This document shows, piece by piece, positions 41,844-55,957 of a stretch of 64,000 bases of DNA (positions are counted from its first letter, which is position 1; each line of letters begins with the position of its first letter). Both the position numbers and the translations under genes were made by a program. Source of the DNA: Eledone cirrhosa (lineage: Eukaryota); NCBI GenBank assembly GCA_964016885.1, contig OZ024741.1, positions 292,516,001-292,580,000 on the forward strand, given 5' to 3'. A model generated the notes under the pieces. The model was not told the origin of the DNA and ran no database searches. It saw nothing but the letters and a program-made list of their open reading frames with translations.

Positions 41844-42422
41844 TATGGTAATGAAGAATCCTTGTTGGATAGTTTATCAATATCGACGTGAGGGAAAGTC
41901 GCTCGTCTATTTACCATTTTCGTAAGTGAGAGGATAGGTAATCCATAGAATTATAACAAGTGAGTAGGTGTGTGTGTAGACAAGATAATAACCACAATGA
42001 GAGTTCTATTCAACAATGTAAATAAGGATGATGTTTATTTTGTCTATTATGTGTTTGTTATATTACAAATGAAACAACATACCAATATAGACGTAATCAG
42101 TTGAAATGAAGGCAACGTATTACAATTGTCGTGGGTAACCAATGTAACGCCCACGTCTGGGTCACCAATGTGACGGGACCAGTAAAGTGAAATATGTTAT
42201 GAGCCAGTGCTCGGCCAACACTATCCTTGTGGATTCGGCATAGGAGTTCAGTGTATTGACATCTGTGTGATCTCGTGGTCCAAAGGCTGCTTGCTGTCTC
42301 CGTGGCTTGTCTGAGAAAGTAATACTGCTGCTTACTTAAATAGTGTTCTCAACCAGGGGGAGACATCTAGGTCTGGTTCATTATCCGAGAGGGGGGGGGG
42401 GGGCGTAAGGCGTCTTACTACA
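41844..42422 (-). repeat. 5' LTR of the Gypsy element
   Basis: Minus strand starts TGTAGTAA and ends TTACCATA. Confidence 0.93.
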
Positions 42423-42504
42423 TATGTATGTATATGTATATATATATGTATATATATATATTTATATATATATATGTATATATGTATATATATATATATG
42501 TATA

Positions 42505-42573
<69 letters not shown>

Positions 42574-42645
42574 ATATGTGTGTATATATATGTATATATA
42601 TATATATATCGTTTCTGAATTAACAACATGACCCTCCCAAAGCAT

Positions 42646-42704
<59 letters not shown>

Positions 42705-42708
42705 AATA

Positions 42709-42790
<82 letters not shown>

Positions 42791-42791
<1 letters not shown>

Positions 42792-43485
42792 ATTTATTAA
42801 AATAACAGATTAAAGTTTAAGCAAAGAATCGCTGCTTTCACCCTTAACGGGATCTTCTGAAACTAACAAAGTCAATCTGTAAACGCAGAACTGGATATTT
42901 CAAAAAACGTTGCAACCGGAGGAAGACAGGAAGACGATACTTTGGTTCGTGGTAACGTTCGATGGCAAAGAACGGGAAAAAACGAATAATACGTCATTAA
43001 TAGGAGCGGTGAAAAACAATTACGCGCAAAGACAAAACCACGTTTATGGTATAAAAGAGGTCGTAGACTAATGTTCTCTTAGGTGGTGCATAGAGACGGG
43101 CTCTGGTAAAGAACGAAAAAGCGAAGATAATAAGTCATATGTGGAGCGTGGAGAACAATAGCACGCAAAGACAAAACCACGTAAATGGTATAGCAGAAAT
43201 CGTAGACTTTTTCCCGTTCTTTGCCAGCGAACGTTACCACGAACCAAAGTATCGTCTTCCTGTCTTCCTCCGGTTGCAACGTTTATTGAAATATCCAGTT
43301 CTGCGTTTACAGATTGACTTTGTTAGTTTCAGAAGATCCCGTTAAGGGTGAAAGCAGCGATTCTTTGCTTAAACTTTAATCTGTTATTTTAATAAATATT
43401 TGCTCTACGGTTCTTATATATTTGATATATATTTTCCTTATCGAGCCCTCTTTGGATTTTAGTCTTCAATTTTATTATTATTACT
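42791..43485 (+). mobile_element. Fold-back made of the PLE-2 family 3' end (pseudo-LTR), with hammerheads at 42814-42864 (-) and 43325-43375 (+)
   Basis: 42791-43205 is the reverse complement of ~50855-51270; 43207-43485 is a direct repeat of ~51078-51354. Confidence 0.88.
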
Positions 43486-43570
43486 ATATATGTATGTATA
43501 TATATATATGTATGTATGTATATATATATTTATGTATATATATATATGTGTATGTATATATATATGTATG

Positions 43571-43631
<61 letters not shown>

Positions 43632-43652
43632 GTATGTATGTATGTATATATG

Positions 43653-43684
<32 letters not shown>

Positions 43685-43794
43685 TGTATGTATATATATA
43701 TGTATGTATATATGTATATATATGAGTATATATATATATGTATATATATATATATGTATGTTTATATATGTATGTATATATGTATACATATATC

Positions 43795-43834
<40 letters not shown>

Positions 43835-44061
43835 TATGTATATATATATGTATATATATATGTATATGTATGTATATATATATATGTATATATATATGTA
43901 TATATATATGTATATATATATGTATATATATATGTATATATATGTATACATATATATATGTATATATATATATGTATATATATATGTATATATATATATA
44001 TGCATATATATATATGTATATATATATATATATGTATATATATATAAATGTATATATATAT

Positions 44062-44606
44062 ACTAGCATTAAAGCCCGGCGTTGCTCGGGGTCAGTAAGT
44101 TACCAAAGTTAGGTTGCACCACACATTTTATGGCAGCACTTTTTCGTCTGCCAGGCATCGGGTGAATGAATTGCAGACCTGGACTGCCGAAGCAGGAGCT
44201 GCGCCAGCTGTGACAATTGTAGTTTCGCCTATGGATATTATCTCTGTGCAAAGAAGCGTTGAAATTTATTGTTTCACAGAACTTGCGCAACATGCGCGTA
44301 GACGATGCCAGCCAAACAACAGAGCTGCAATGGAGTTTTTCTGCATGGTTGTCTAATGTGTGTTTTCTAAATTTAAGACAGTAGATGGGGGTGTGATATG
44401 GCGGAGAGTTAACTGGTGTTTCTAGCAGGTGTAGTGACCTCATAGAGGTTATTATTGTGTATAGTAAATAAACTGATACTTCTTTCTTCCACGTTCGTTG
44501 AGAGATATTTTAAAAATTATGTCTCGCTATTTTTTTTGTTATTGAATAAATTGATTTGTTGCTTTTGAATAATTGTTGTTTCGACTCAAAAACAAACGTT
44601 CTCTCT

Positions 44607-44675
<69 letters not shown>

Positions 44676-44945
44676 TCATTTCTTTATCTCTTCTTTCTTC
44701 GGCGTTCCTAAAGGAAGTTTGTAAGTTTAAGCGTATATAAGAGAAAGTTGCAACATGTATGTAGTTTTATCGAATTTTAAGGGGAGTAGAGAGAGGTAAT
44801 CAGATTGTATTAGGGGGTAAAGCGTCATGTATTTAGTTTTATCGATTATTTCCGTAATTGTGGGTGAATTTGAAATAAATAAATAGTTGTTGACCTACGG
44901 TAGACCATTTGCAACATTCTTACAGACTTTGAGTTGAATTGATTT
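44062..44945 (-). mobile_element. Probable non-autonomous Helitron (3' end at 44063)
   Basis: Minus strand ends CCCGAGCAACGCCGGG-ctttaatg-CTAG|T, a typical Helitron hairpin plus CTAG; similar degenerate end at ~27135-27165; distal edge uncertain. Confidence 0.6.
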
Positions 44946-45046
44946 GAAATTGTGCAAATGTATAAACATGAAACATACACACACACACATACACACACAC
45001 AACATGATGATATATGTATGTATATATATATATATGTATGTATATG

Positions 45047-45125
<79 letters not shown>

Positions 45126-45400
45126 CGTCATCATCATCATCACCGTTTAACGTCCGTTCTTCCACTCTAGCATGGGTTAGACGGGTTGTCCTTTTGTGGG
45201 CAGTGTCCGGTCGGCTGACCTTGTCTTGCTCATACGGGAACTGATTCTGGATTGATTTCTACAGCTGGATGCCCTTCCAAACACCAACTTCATTTACAGT
45301 GAGTGCTGGGTGCTTTTTTTCCGTGGCGCCTACACGTCCACTTTACAGTGTGGGCTGGGCGCTTTTTTTCCATGGCACCTCCACGACCACTTTGTAGTGG
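45126..45400 (-). mobile_element. SINE family 2 3' fragment
   Basis: (CAT)n tail plus ccgtttaacgtccgttcttcc...ctacagctggatgcccttcc. Confidence 0.75.
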
Positions 45401-45418
45401 GAGAGTGTGGGGGCATAT

Positions 45419-45495
<77 letters not shown>

Positions 45496-46271
45496 GAATG
45501 AATAATAAACTGGTAGACATCATAAAAAGGTAATTTATTCCGAGTGCTTACAAATGTTTCTACAATAGTTACACAGCCTAGTCATGCTATGTGCAAATTG
45601 GTAGTTATTTATTTGCAGATATTCAATTTTCAAATGCTCCTTCTCCTACCGTTTCTTCAGAGCAAAGGGCTAAAGTGTAAATTCCCTTGTATTTCTTAAA
45701 GGGAGTTATTGGGGAAGATAGAGTACAAAAAGGAAGAGAGAAAGAAGGGGGGGGGGAGATGCAGGGGTCGGAAAAATGGGAGAGAGTGGTTTGAAGAATA
45801 CAGATAGCTTAATCTAAATGTTGTGATAGGGGTCCCACAAGTGGTTTTATTATACTGCTTACTCTCAAAGTGACAACTTAGGCATTGTGTTGATATTATC
45901 AAGTTTGGAATTATTTATTGCCACAGAAAGCAGGTTGATAGATGTGGAGACGGAAGGCGAGAGAGAGAGGGGGACAGAAAAGGCTACGAGAAGGGGAAGG
46001 AAAGGCGGTATACACCGAGTTCGTAGTTGTAGTTTGCTGATCGCACTCAAGTATCCTTTTATTATGATAAGCAGGTACTGGCTTATAGTGGGGACTTAGT
46101 TATAGTTAGGAATTAGTTATTGAGTGAAAATTAGTTAGCGAGAGAAGTGGTGTAGTAGTCTCGGATTCGTATGTTAAGTTATTTTATAGTGAGAAAATTT
46201 AGCCTTCAGTTTGTGGTTGCAGTATAACGATCGTTTGATTCTGTCATTTAGTAAGTTGTTTTGGTTTTCAA

Positions 46272-47538
46272 GAATAACCAAAATCTTGAAAGGCTACGGA
46301 AAAACATTAGGAAATATTTAGTGAACTGGGTCTAAAAATAACGTACGAATACAATCTTAAAGTAGTAAATTTTCTATACGTAACTCTTAATTTGAATACA
46401 GGACTGATACGACCCTTCCACAAGATAAAGGAGAACCTTACCTATATTAATTTTAACTCGAATCACCCCACTTTCCCTGATCAAATCGGTTCCTCGTAGT
46501 ATTTCTCTCAGAATCTCTCGCCTATCGTCTAACTCTCAGATTTTCAGTGAACATGCGGAATACTATAATAACGCATTAAGCAATGCAGACCACCGGGATA
46601 AAATAGAATACATTGATAAGAATCTCCATAGCACACATAGCTACACACGAAATCAAAGAATATGTAACCAGGGTACAGAAATACAAGCGCACACATGCAG
46701 TACCACCAGACATACTAATAATAGAAAATCATCACCAAACTCAAATAAATTACGTTGTAGAAAGTATAATCTGGTATAATCCCATTTTTAATGCTTCAAT
46801 TAGTACGAAACTATCTCTTTCATTCTTTAAGTTAATTAACAAGAATTTCCCTAATTCCCATAAATACAGTAAAATTCTAACTCTAAGACTATTAAGCTAT
46901 CATACTCCACTGAACCAAACCTTGAAGCATATATAAAAAAATTTAACTTAAAGTAATTATTAAGCAATACTACAAAACAAAATATTTTAGAAACAGATGG
47001 GCATAACGTAATATCAGCCTCCCAACCACCAAATGGAGACGGGTATTACACAACCCACCTGAACTGTTATCCCAACTTATCCATGGTACAGCTGTTACCC
47101 ATAACAAAAACTGCAACTGCCACCTACCCGAAAGATGCCCATTGAAGAATAAATGCCTAGAGTCCAACATTGTTTACCAATGCACTGTCGAATCGAACGA
47201 CCAGAAATGGTATTACATCGGGTCTACTGCTACCCTGCTTTAAATCTCGCTGGTATCGTCATCGATTTTCAATTGAACATCCTGAACACCGATCTGTAAC
47301 CACGCTCGCACAATAAGACCTGGCAACTCCGTGAATGCAACTGGCGGTTCACCTTGAATATGATAAATTATCCAATGCTAGTGCATATCTGAGTGGATTG
47401 AAGTACTGCAAATTATGCAACCTTGAACTCTTTTATATCTTGAAATCCAAAACCAACTTACTAGATGACAGAATCGAACGATCGTTATAATGCAACCACA
47501 AACTGAAGGCTAAATTTTCTCACTATAAAATAACTTAA
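46272..47538 (+). pseudogene. PLE RT thumb plus GIY-YIG endonuclease remnant, frameshifted
   Basis: VVNFL.VTLNL.TG..RPFHK, YINFNSNHP, IIWYNP.F, NCNCHLPERCPLKNKCLESNIVYQC...YYIGST, C.LC.LE. Confidence 0.88.
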
Positions 47539-47978
47539 CATACGAAACCCGAGACTACTACATCACTTTCTCGCTAAGTAATTCACTCAATAACTACTTC
47601 CTAACTATACCCCCCCCCCCACACACACACACACACTATAAGCCAGTACCCTGCTTATCATAGTAAAAGGATACTTGAGTGCGATCAGAAAACTACAACT
47701 ACGAACTCGGTGTATACACGCCTTTCCTTCCCCTTCTCGTAGCCTTTTTTTGTCCCCCCTCCCCCCTCTCTCTCTCGCCTTCCGACTACCTCCCTCCTTC
47801 TCCACATCTATCAACCTGCTTTCTGTGGCAATAAATAATTCCAAACTTGACATATCAACATAATGCCTAAGTTATCATTTTGAGAGTAAGCAGTATAATA
47901 AAAACCACTTGTGGGACCCCTATCACAACATTTAGATTAAGCTATCTGTATTCTTCCCATTTCACCGACCCCTACATA

Positions 47979-48119
<141 letters not shown>

Positions 48120-48216
48120 TCTCTCTCACTCTCCCCTCTTTTTCTCTTCCTTTTATACTCTATCTGCCCCAATAACTCCCTTTAAGAAATACAAGGGAAT
48201 TTACACTTTAGACGTT

Positions 48217-48336
48217 TGCTCTGAAGAAACGGTAGGAGAAGGAGCATTTGAAAATTGAATATCTGCAAATAAATAACTACCAATTTGCACATAGCATGAC
48301 TAGGCTGTGTAACTATTGTAGAAACATTTGTAAGCA
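48217..48336 (+). ncRNA. Type I hammerhead ribozyme with ~90-nt branched stem II (inverted copy at 45545-45664)
   Basis: Stem I TGCT/AGCA; CTGAAGA; stem II base ACGGTAG/CTATTGT; GAAA; stem III ACA-tt-TGT; GUA triplet. Confidence 0.7.
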
Positions 48337-48554
48337 CTCGGAATAAATTACCTTTTTATGATGTCTACCAGTTTATTATTCATTCTTTTTCTACACTCCG
48401 GAATACAGAAGAATCGGAAACTGAGTTTCTTTAACTATGCTTCATAACTCGTTGAGTAACCCCTCACTATACGTCGACTCTATCTAGTGTAGCAATTAAC
48501 CATTACTGCATTCAGGATAATCCTAAGCATTTCTTGCATAACCTAATAATTATA

Positions 48555-48617
<63 letters not shown>

Positions 48618-48636
48618 ATATATATATATATGTGTG

Positions 48637-48722
<86 letters not shown>

Positions 48723-48778
48723 GATGTGTGTGTGTATATATATATATATATATGTGTGTGTATATATATATATATATA

Positions 48779-50265
48779 GTAAAACGATTCTTGATAGAAT
48801 TATACCTGAAATTAGAAGTTTGGCCCCTCTCGCACTGTGGGACAATTCTTTCGCGGTGATTGATTGGTTCAACGGCATATGTAACAAGGAACATTGCCGT
48901 TTTATCCAATTCGACATCAACAATTACTACTCCTCCATCACTTTACCACTTCTCCTTAGAGCTATCAATTTCGCTAAAACACTCACAGTGGTTAAGGATT
49001 TTGAAGTTGATGTCATCCTTAATGCCCGAAAGTCGGTGATTAATTTCGACGACTCTATTTGGATTAAAAAATCCAATAGTACCCCATTCGACGTGAGTAT
49101 GGGCGCCAGTGACTCTGCGGAGGTTACTGATCTTATTGGCCTTTTCCTTCTTTTCTCTATCAAGGACGAATTCCCCAACGCGGGCGGTGGTTTGTACCGT
49201 GATGATGGTCTTTTGACCATGACTAAGTGCGGACCTCGTGCTTGCGACAGGTTCAGAAAAGAACTCACAGCCTTCTTTAAAGGCTTCAACCTCTCTATAC
49301 AGGTTGAGGCCAATCTCTCGGTCGTTAACTACCTCGACATTACCCTCAATTTATTGAATGGGTTGTATTACCCGTATAGAAAGCCGAATGATACGCTTAA
49401 TTACATAAGTAAGCATTCCAACCATCCTGCCAGCATAACCAAGAACCTGGTAAGAAACGTTTCGTTGAGGCTTTCCCGTCTTTCCACCAACGAGCGCATT
49501 TTCAACGACCATTCCACTTATTACAATGAAGCTCTTGCTCGAAGTGGATTTGTCGATAAGGTAGCATATACAGAGTATGAAGATAGACCTAGAAGAAATA
49601 GATCCCGTCGCATTTGTTGGTTTAACCCACCATATAATATGGAGGTGGCCACACCATTAGCTAAGATCTTTCTTTCCCTTATTACGAAGCATTTTTCCCC
49701 TACACATAAATATAGTAAAATTTTTAATAGAAATACTATTAAAATTTCTTACTCTACGACTCCTAACCTTGCACATAACATCACAGCTTCAAATTTAGCT
49801 AAACTACCTAGCCGTAGGAACACGTGCAACCCTGTAGTTAGTACAAACTGTAATTGTAGGAATCGGGCTGATTGCCCCCTATCCGGGAAATGCCTCTCTA
49901 GTATCATTGTCTACAAATGTAGGGCCTACATAGGGTTAACCGCCAATAGTTTCAAGCAGCGTCTTTACATGCATACCCATTCTTTTCATTACCCTCTAAG
50001 AAGGAATATGACGTCACTTTCAGCTTATATCTGGAGTCTAAAAGACAACCACATCCAATATAAGTTACACAGGGAGATCCTAGCTAGGGCTAGATCGTAT
50101 AACGGAAATAAAAGACCATGTGACCTCTGCGCCGCTGAGGCCCTGGAAATACTCTACGCCACAGACCACATCTTAAACAAAAAATCTGAGTTAATTTCGG
50201 CTTGTAAACATAAATTGCACAAAACTTTCCTGTATTACAGCCCAACGTTATACCCTAACGGATAG
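48779..50265 (+). CDS. PLE-2 reverse transcriptase plus GIY-YIG endonuclease (5'-truncated, frame open for ~495 codons)
   Basis: [49 protein letters not shown].....CPL...C, IVY..AYIGLT, FKQRL..H, CDLC..E; the ORF-track N-terminus is microsatellite read-through. Confidence 0.9.
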
Positions 50266-51193
50266 CACGATCTATACGTGGATATTTTACGTCTTGATGT
50301 GGGAGCTAAGTATATGTTTTGTTTATTCCTTTACTTATTTGCATAGGTAAGTATATATTACCCATATGTTTTGTGAAGGTATGTATACCTTCTCGTACGT
50401 ATATTTGACTGTTATGGCGTATCATTTTTACATATTCTGGTATTTAGGGTTTGGCTATGTGTATACTGGAGTTTTGCGTCCGAGTGAGTATGCAGGTTCG
50501 TACGTATGGTGGGTGTGTGTATATGTGTACTTCATGTTTTAGTTGACTTACGTCTCCGAACATTCGTGTATTTATATGTAGGTATGTGTGTGCGCTTGTT
50601 ATATACGTATTTATTTACTTATATACGTTTATATAATTATTTATTTATTTGTACACAAGCATACACACACTCACATATTTACATGTGCGTGGTTTTGTAT
50701 ACCTATGGTAAGGTTTTGCGTATGCTTGTGTATGTACGTATGTGTTTGCGTGTATGTATTTATTTGTTTCTATTTCTTCTGTATTGTATTTATTTACTTT
50801 GTTCTTAACTCTGTAGCGGAGATTAATTTGGTCTCCTAGTTCGAATCTTAGTCTACGACTTCTGCTATACCATTTACGTGGTTTTGTCTTTGCGTGCTTT
50901 TGTTCTCCACGCTCCACATATGACTTATTATCTTCGTTTTTTCGTTCATTGCCAGAGAACGTCTCTATGCACCACCTAAGAGAACATTAGTCTACGACCT
51001 CTTTTATACCATATACGTGGTTTTGTCTTTGCGCGTAATTGTTTTTCACCGCTCCTATTAATGACGTATTATTCGTTTTTTCCCGTTCTTTGCCAGTGAA
51101 CGTTACCACGAACCAAAGTATCGTCTTCTTGTCTTCCTCCGGTTGCAACGTTTTTTGAAATATCCAGTTCTGCGTTTACAGATTGACTTTGTT

Positions 51194-51244
51194 AGTTTCA
51201 GAAGATCCCGTTAAGGGTGAAAGCAGCGATTCTTTGCTTAAACT
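51194..51244 (+). ncRNA. Type I hammerhead ribozyme variant (CAGAAGA core)
   Basis: Stem I AGTTT/AAACT; CAGAAGA; stem II t-CCC-gttaa-GGG-t; GAAA; stem III AGCA...TGCT; CUU triplet; four matching copies in the window. Confidence 0.7.
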
Positions 51245-51350
51245 TTAATCTGTTATTTTAATAAATATTTGCTCTACGGTTCTTATATATTTGATATATG
51301 TTTTCCTTATCGAGCCCTCTTTGGATTTTAGTCTTCAATTTTATTATTAT

Positions 51351-51445
<95 letters not shown>

Positions 51446-51453
51446 TGTGCGTG

Positions 51454-51502
<49 letters not shown>

Positions 51503-51504
<2 letters not shown>

Positions 51505-52450
51505 GATAATAAGGACGCTGCGGAGTTTCAAATGGGTTACATATGAAAAAAGTTTGTCCTTCATCAGTGGTCTTCCAACCATCATAGGCATTTCATCGCT
51601 TTAAAGACCATATACCTCCGGTTGGTGCGAGCAAAGGCTAAAAAAAGTCGTTGGGACACGTAAATAAAGGGGACGCGAGGGTAAACAAATAAAATGGTGA
51701 AGCAACAGAAAGTGAGGAAGAGAGAGACAAGTCCCAGATTTCTATGAATTTAAATTCGGTGAAATCGTGAACGAGAGAATAAAGACCATTAAACCTGGTT
51801 GAAATGTGAGCAAGGAAGGAATTTCGCACAGGTCTAACGGGAGGAAGAAGGGGACTGGTCTGCGAATTCGGTAAACATAAGTTCTGTGAAATCGTAGACG
51901 AGAGAGAGAGAGAGAAAAAAAATCATACCAGCTTGGCCAAGAGTGCGCGAGAAAAGAATTACACACAGGTTTAACAGGAAGAAAGAGGAGGAGGAGGAGA
52001 GGTAGTGACAGAGAATGAGTGAGTGAAGGGTGAGGAAGAGGCTAACAGAGAGAGAGACTGCTAGAAAGGGTAAAGATACATAGAACGAAATAGATGGGTA
52101 GCAGCAGAGAAGAAAATATGTGTAAATATGATAATAAGGACGCTGCGGAGTTGCAAATGGGTTACATATGAAAAAAGTTTGTCCTTCATCAGTGGTCTTC
52201 CAACCATCATAGGCATTTCATCGCTTTAAAGACCATATACCTCCGGTTGGTGCGAGCAACGGCTAAAAAAAGTCGTTGGGACACGTAAATAAAGGGGACG
52301 CGAGGGTAAGCAAACAAAATGGTGAAGCAACAGAAAGTGAGGAAGAGAGAGACAAGTCCCAGATTTCTATGAATTTAAATTCGGCGAAATCGTGAACGAG
52401 AGAATAAAGACCATCAAACCTGGTTGAAATGTGAGCAAGGAAGGAATATA
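51503..52450 (-). repeat. ~625-bp monomer with ~320-bp terminal redundancy (partial tandem); diverged relatives at 36300-36540 and 52492-52820
   Basis: gataataaggacgctgcggag...gcaaggaaggaat at 51505-51822 and again at 52130-52447; CTGATGA on the minus strand; TA flanks. Confidence 0.8.
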
Positions 52451-52885
52451 TATATGTATATATGTATACATATATATGTATATATATATGTAAGAGAAAA
52501 AATGGGGAGAAGAATACTGCAGGTTGCACATGGATAACATGTTATAAAATGAGTCCCTCATCAGTGATTTGCCAACGATCATAGATATTTCATTGCATTA
52601 AAAATCATATACCTCACGTTGGTGCAATAATAAATAAATTAAGTTATTAGGACAATTAAAACGCGTAAAGCGAGTGAGACAAGTAAACAAAGAGGAAAGC
52701 TAACCGTAGATAGGAAGGGAACAAGCTACATAGTTATTCTGTTAGCATAAGCTAGGTGAATATATGAGCGCTTAGAAAAAAAACCTTTCGATATGAATCC
52801 AGATGTAAGAAAGAAGATATATGTATATATATATATATATGTATATATATATGTATATATGTATATATATATATGTATATGTATA

Positions 52886-52963
<78 letters not shown>

Positions 52964-53178
52964 TTGTGTATAATGGTAGCTATGGTGCTTCCATAGGCGG
53001 TATGCCAAAATTAGAACTCATTATTCAACAGAGTAGAGTGTGGATATATATATGTATAATTAAAAGTTTAACAAGGTTCAATGAATTCATCAATGAATAA
53101 AGTTTCACAATAGATTATGAGCACTGCCATGACTAAATTATAACCATCAACATAGTCAAGGTATGTCAAGCATCAACT

Positions 53179-53244
53179 TATTTTATCTGGTGAGGACGTA
53201 CTGTTGATATAGCTCAGTATCTCTGAAATATGTATAATAAAATA
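53179..53244 (+). ncRNA. Degenerate type I hammerhead ribozyme in a TA-flanked insert (52963-53290)
   Basis: Stem I TATTTTAT/ATAAAATA; CTGGTGA; stem II gga-c-GTACTG...CAGTAT-c-tct; GAAA; near-palindromic ATATGTAT; AUA triplet. Confidence 0.6.
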
Positions 53245-53304
53245 TATTTGATCACATGAATGTCTATATTTATTAATATTTTGAAGTAATATTATATATC
53301 TATG

Positions 53305-53411
<107 letters not shown>

Positions 53412-53919
53412 CTATATTTTATATATATATATATGTATATATGTATATATATGTAAATATGTATATATATGTAAATATATATATTTATGTATATATGTAT
53501 ATATATGTATATATATATGTATATATATGTATATATGTATATATATATGTATATATATATGTATATATATATGTATATATATGTGTGTATGTATATATAT
53601 ATGTATATATATTTGTATGTATATGTGTGTATATATGTATATATGTATATATATATATGTGTGTATATATGTATATATGTATATATATATATGTATGTAT
53701 ATATATAAATATATATAGGTATATATGTATATATGTATATATATATATGTATATATGTATATATATATATGTATATATGTATATATATATATGTATATAT
53801 GTATATATGTATGTATATGTGTATATATATATATATATACATATATGTATATATGTATATATATATATGTATATATATGTATATATGTATATATGTATAT
53901 ATGTATATATATATATGTA

Positions 53920-53990
<71 letters not shown>

Positions 53991-53994
<4 letters not shown>

Positions 53995-54765
53995 CAATAT
54001 GTTGAAAAGGTAACACACCAGAGAGATATACAGTTCGCTATCAATAAAACAGGGAAAAAAACCACCAGTGTATGGAATCTATAAACAATGAAAGGCAGAC
54101 TATAGACACGATAATTAAAAATATAAATTAAAGCATAAATAAATACCTCTATAACTATATAACACACGTACAAATCCAAAGAGATCTGTTTCGCCAGTAA
54201 GTTGTTGACAGAAATGGAATAACCTCGGTTCCTCAGCGTGTGTAAGGCCATACATTTCAAACAACATTAAGAGAATTTTAAAAGTGACTGACCAGCTTCA
54301 CGTGGGAGAGAGAAGTCACAGCGTGTTTAAGGCCAGTGAACCAGTGGCCTCTGGGGGATGAGCTTCTAGAAAGGGCAGCCCCAAACCACTCAGAGAAGTG
54401 TGCTCAACCATACAGAGAGATAGGAAAGACTGTTATAAGGAGCGAAATATGACGATAAATTAACGGAGCCATAGAGCCACGCCATTCCCTGTAAATAATG
54501 TGCTCAAAGGAGAAGAAATCCTGAGCTCTTTAAAATACGATATTTTGAAAAGTTAACACACCAGAGAGAGATATACAATGCGCTATCAATAAACAAGGAA
54601 AAGACCGCCAGTGTATGGAATCTATTGATAGCATACTCTGTATCTCTCTCTGCTGTGTTACCTTTTCAACATATTGTATTTTAAAGAGCTCAGGATTTCT
54701 TCTCCTTTGAGCACATTATTTACAGGGAATGGTGAGGCTCTAAGGCTCCGTTAATTTATCGTGAT
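53991..54765 (-). mobile_element. Non-coding retrozyme-like / PLE pseudo-LTR element (copies at 56029-56805 and 58019-58795)
   Basis: ~543-nt monomer with its first ~90 nt repeated directly at 54534-54625, then an inverted arm 54622-54762 pairing with ~54452-54591; hammerhead inside. Confidence 0.75.
54162..54243 (-). ncRNA. Type I hammerhead ribozyme (copy 1)
   Basis: Minus strand: stem I ACACACG/CGTGTGT; CTGAGGA; stem II; GAAA; stem III CAGATCT-cttt-GGATTTG; GUA triplet. Confidence 0.8.
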
Positions 54766-54786
54766 ACATATATATATATGTATATA

Positions 54787-54939
<153 letters not shown>

Positions 54940-55167
54940 GTATATATATGTATATATATATGTATATATATATGTATATATGTATATATATGTATGTGTA
55001 TATATGTATGTATATATATATATACACATACATATATAAATATACATATATATATAAACATACATATAGATATATACGTATATATATATATATATACATA
55101 TATACATATATATATACATATATACATATATATATACGTATATACATATAGATATATACATATATAT

Positions 55168-55214
<47 letters not shown>

Positions 55215-55923
55215 TATATAAATGTATATATATGTATATATATATACACATACATATATATATATACATATATATATAAAAATACATATATATACAATAT
55301 ACGTATATATATATATTGTTATACTTTGGGAGGGTCATGTTGCCAATAAGAAACACACGCACCAGTTGCTTTCACTTCAAATGTGTATATATATGTATAT
55401 ATATATGTATACATATGTATATATATATGTATATATATATATGTATATATATGTATGTATATATATGTATGCATATATGTATATATAAGTATATATGTAT
55501 ATATATGTATATATGTATGCAAATATATGTATATACGTATATATATATATGTATATATGTATATATATATGTAAATATGTATATATATATATATGTATAT
55601 ATATATATGTATATATGTATGTATATATATATATATGTATATATGTATATATATGTAAATATGTATATATATGTATATATATATATTTATGTATATATGT
55701 ATATATATGTATATATATATATATATGTATATATATGTATATATGTATATATATATATGTATATATATATGTATATATATGTGTGTATGTATATATATAT
55801 GTATATATATTTGTATATATATGTGTGTATATATGTATATATATATATGTGTGTATATATGTATATATGTATATATATATATGTATGTATACATATATAT
55901 ATATGTATATATGTATATATGTA

Positions 55924-55957
<34 letters not shown>

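Larger units (their letters stand above)
36629..42422 (-). mobile_element. Full-length but decayed Ty3/Gypsy (Mag-like) LTR retrotransposon
   Basis: LTRs 36629-37259 and 41844-42422; PBS TGGTGACCTCGAC next to the 5' LTR; purine tract GGCAGGGGATAC next to the 3' LTR; 4-bp TATG flank duplication; gag-PR-RT-RH-INT order. Confidence 0.95.
48779..51354 (+). mobile_element. PLE-2 Penelope-like retroelement with ~1.1-kb 3' UTR/pseudo-LTR
   Basis: ORF plus a downstream region shared with 42791-43485; TA tracts on both sides. Confidence 0.88.
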
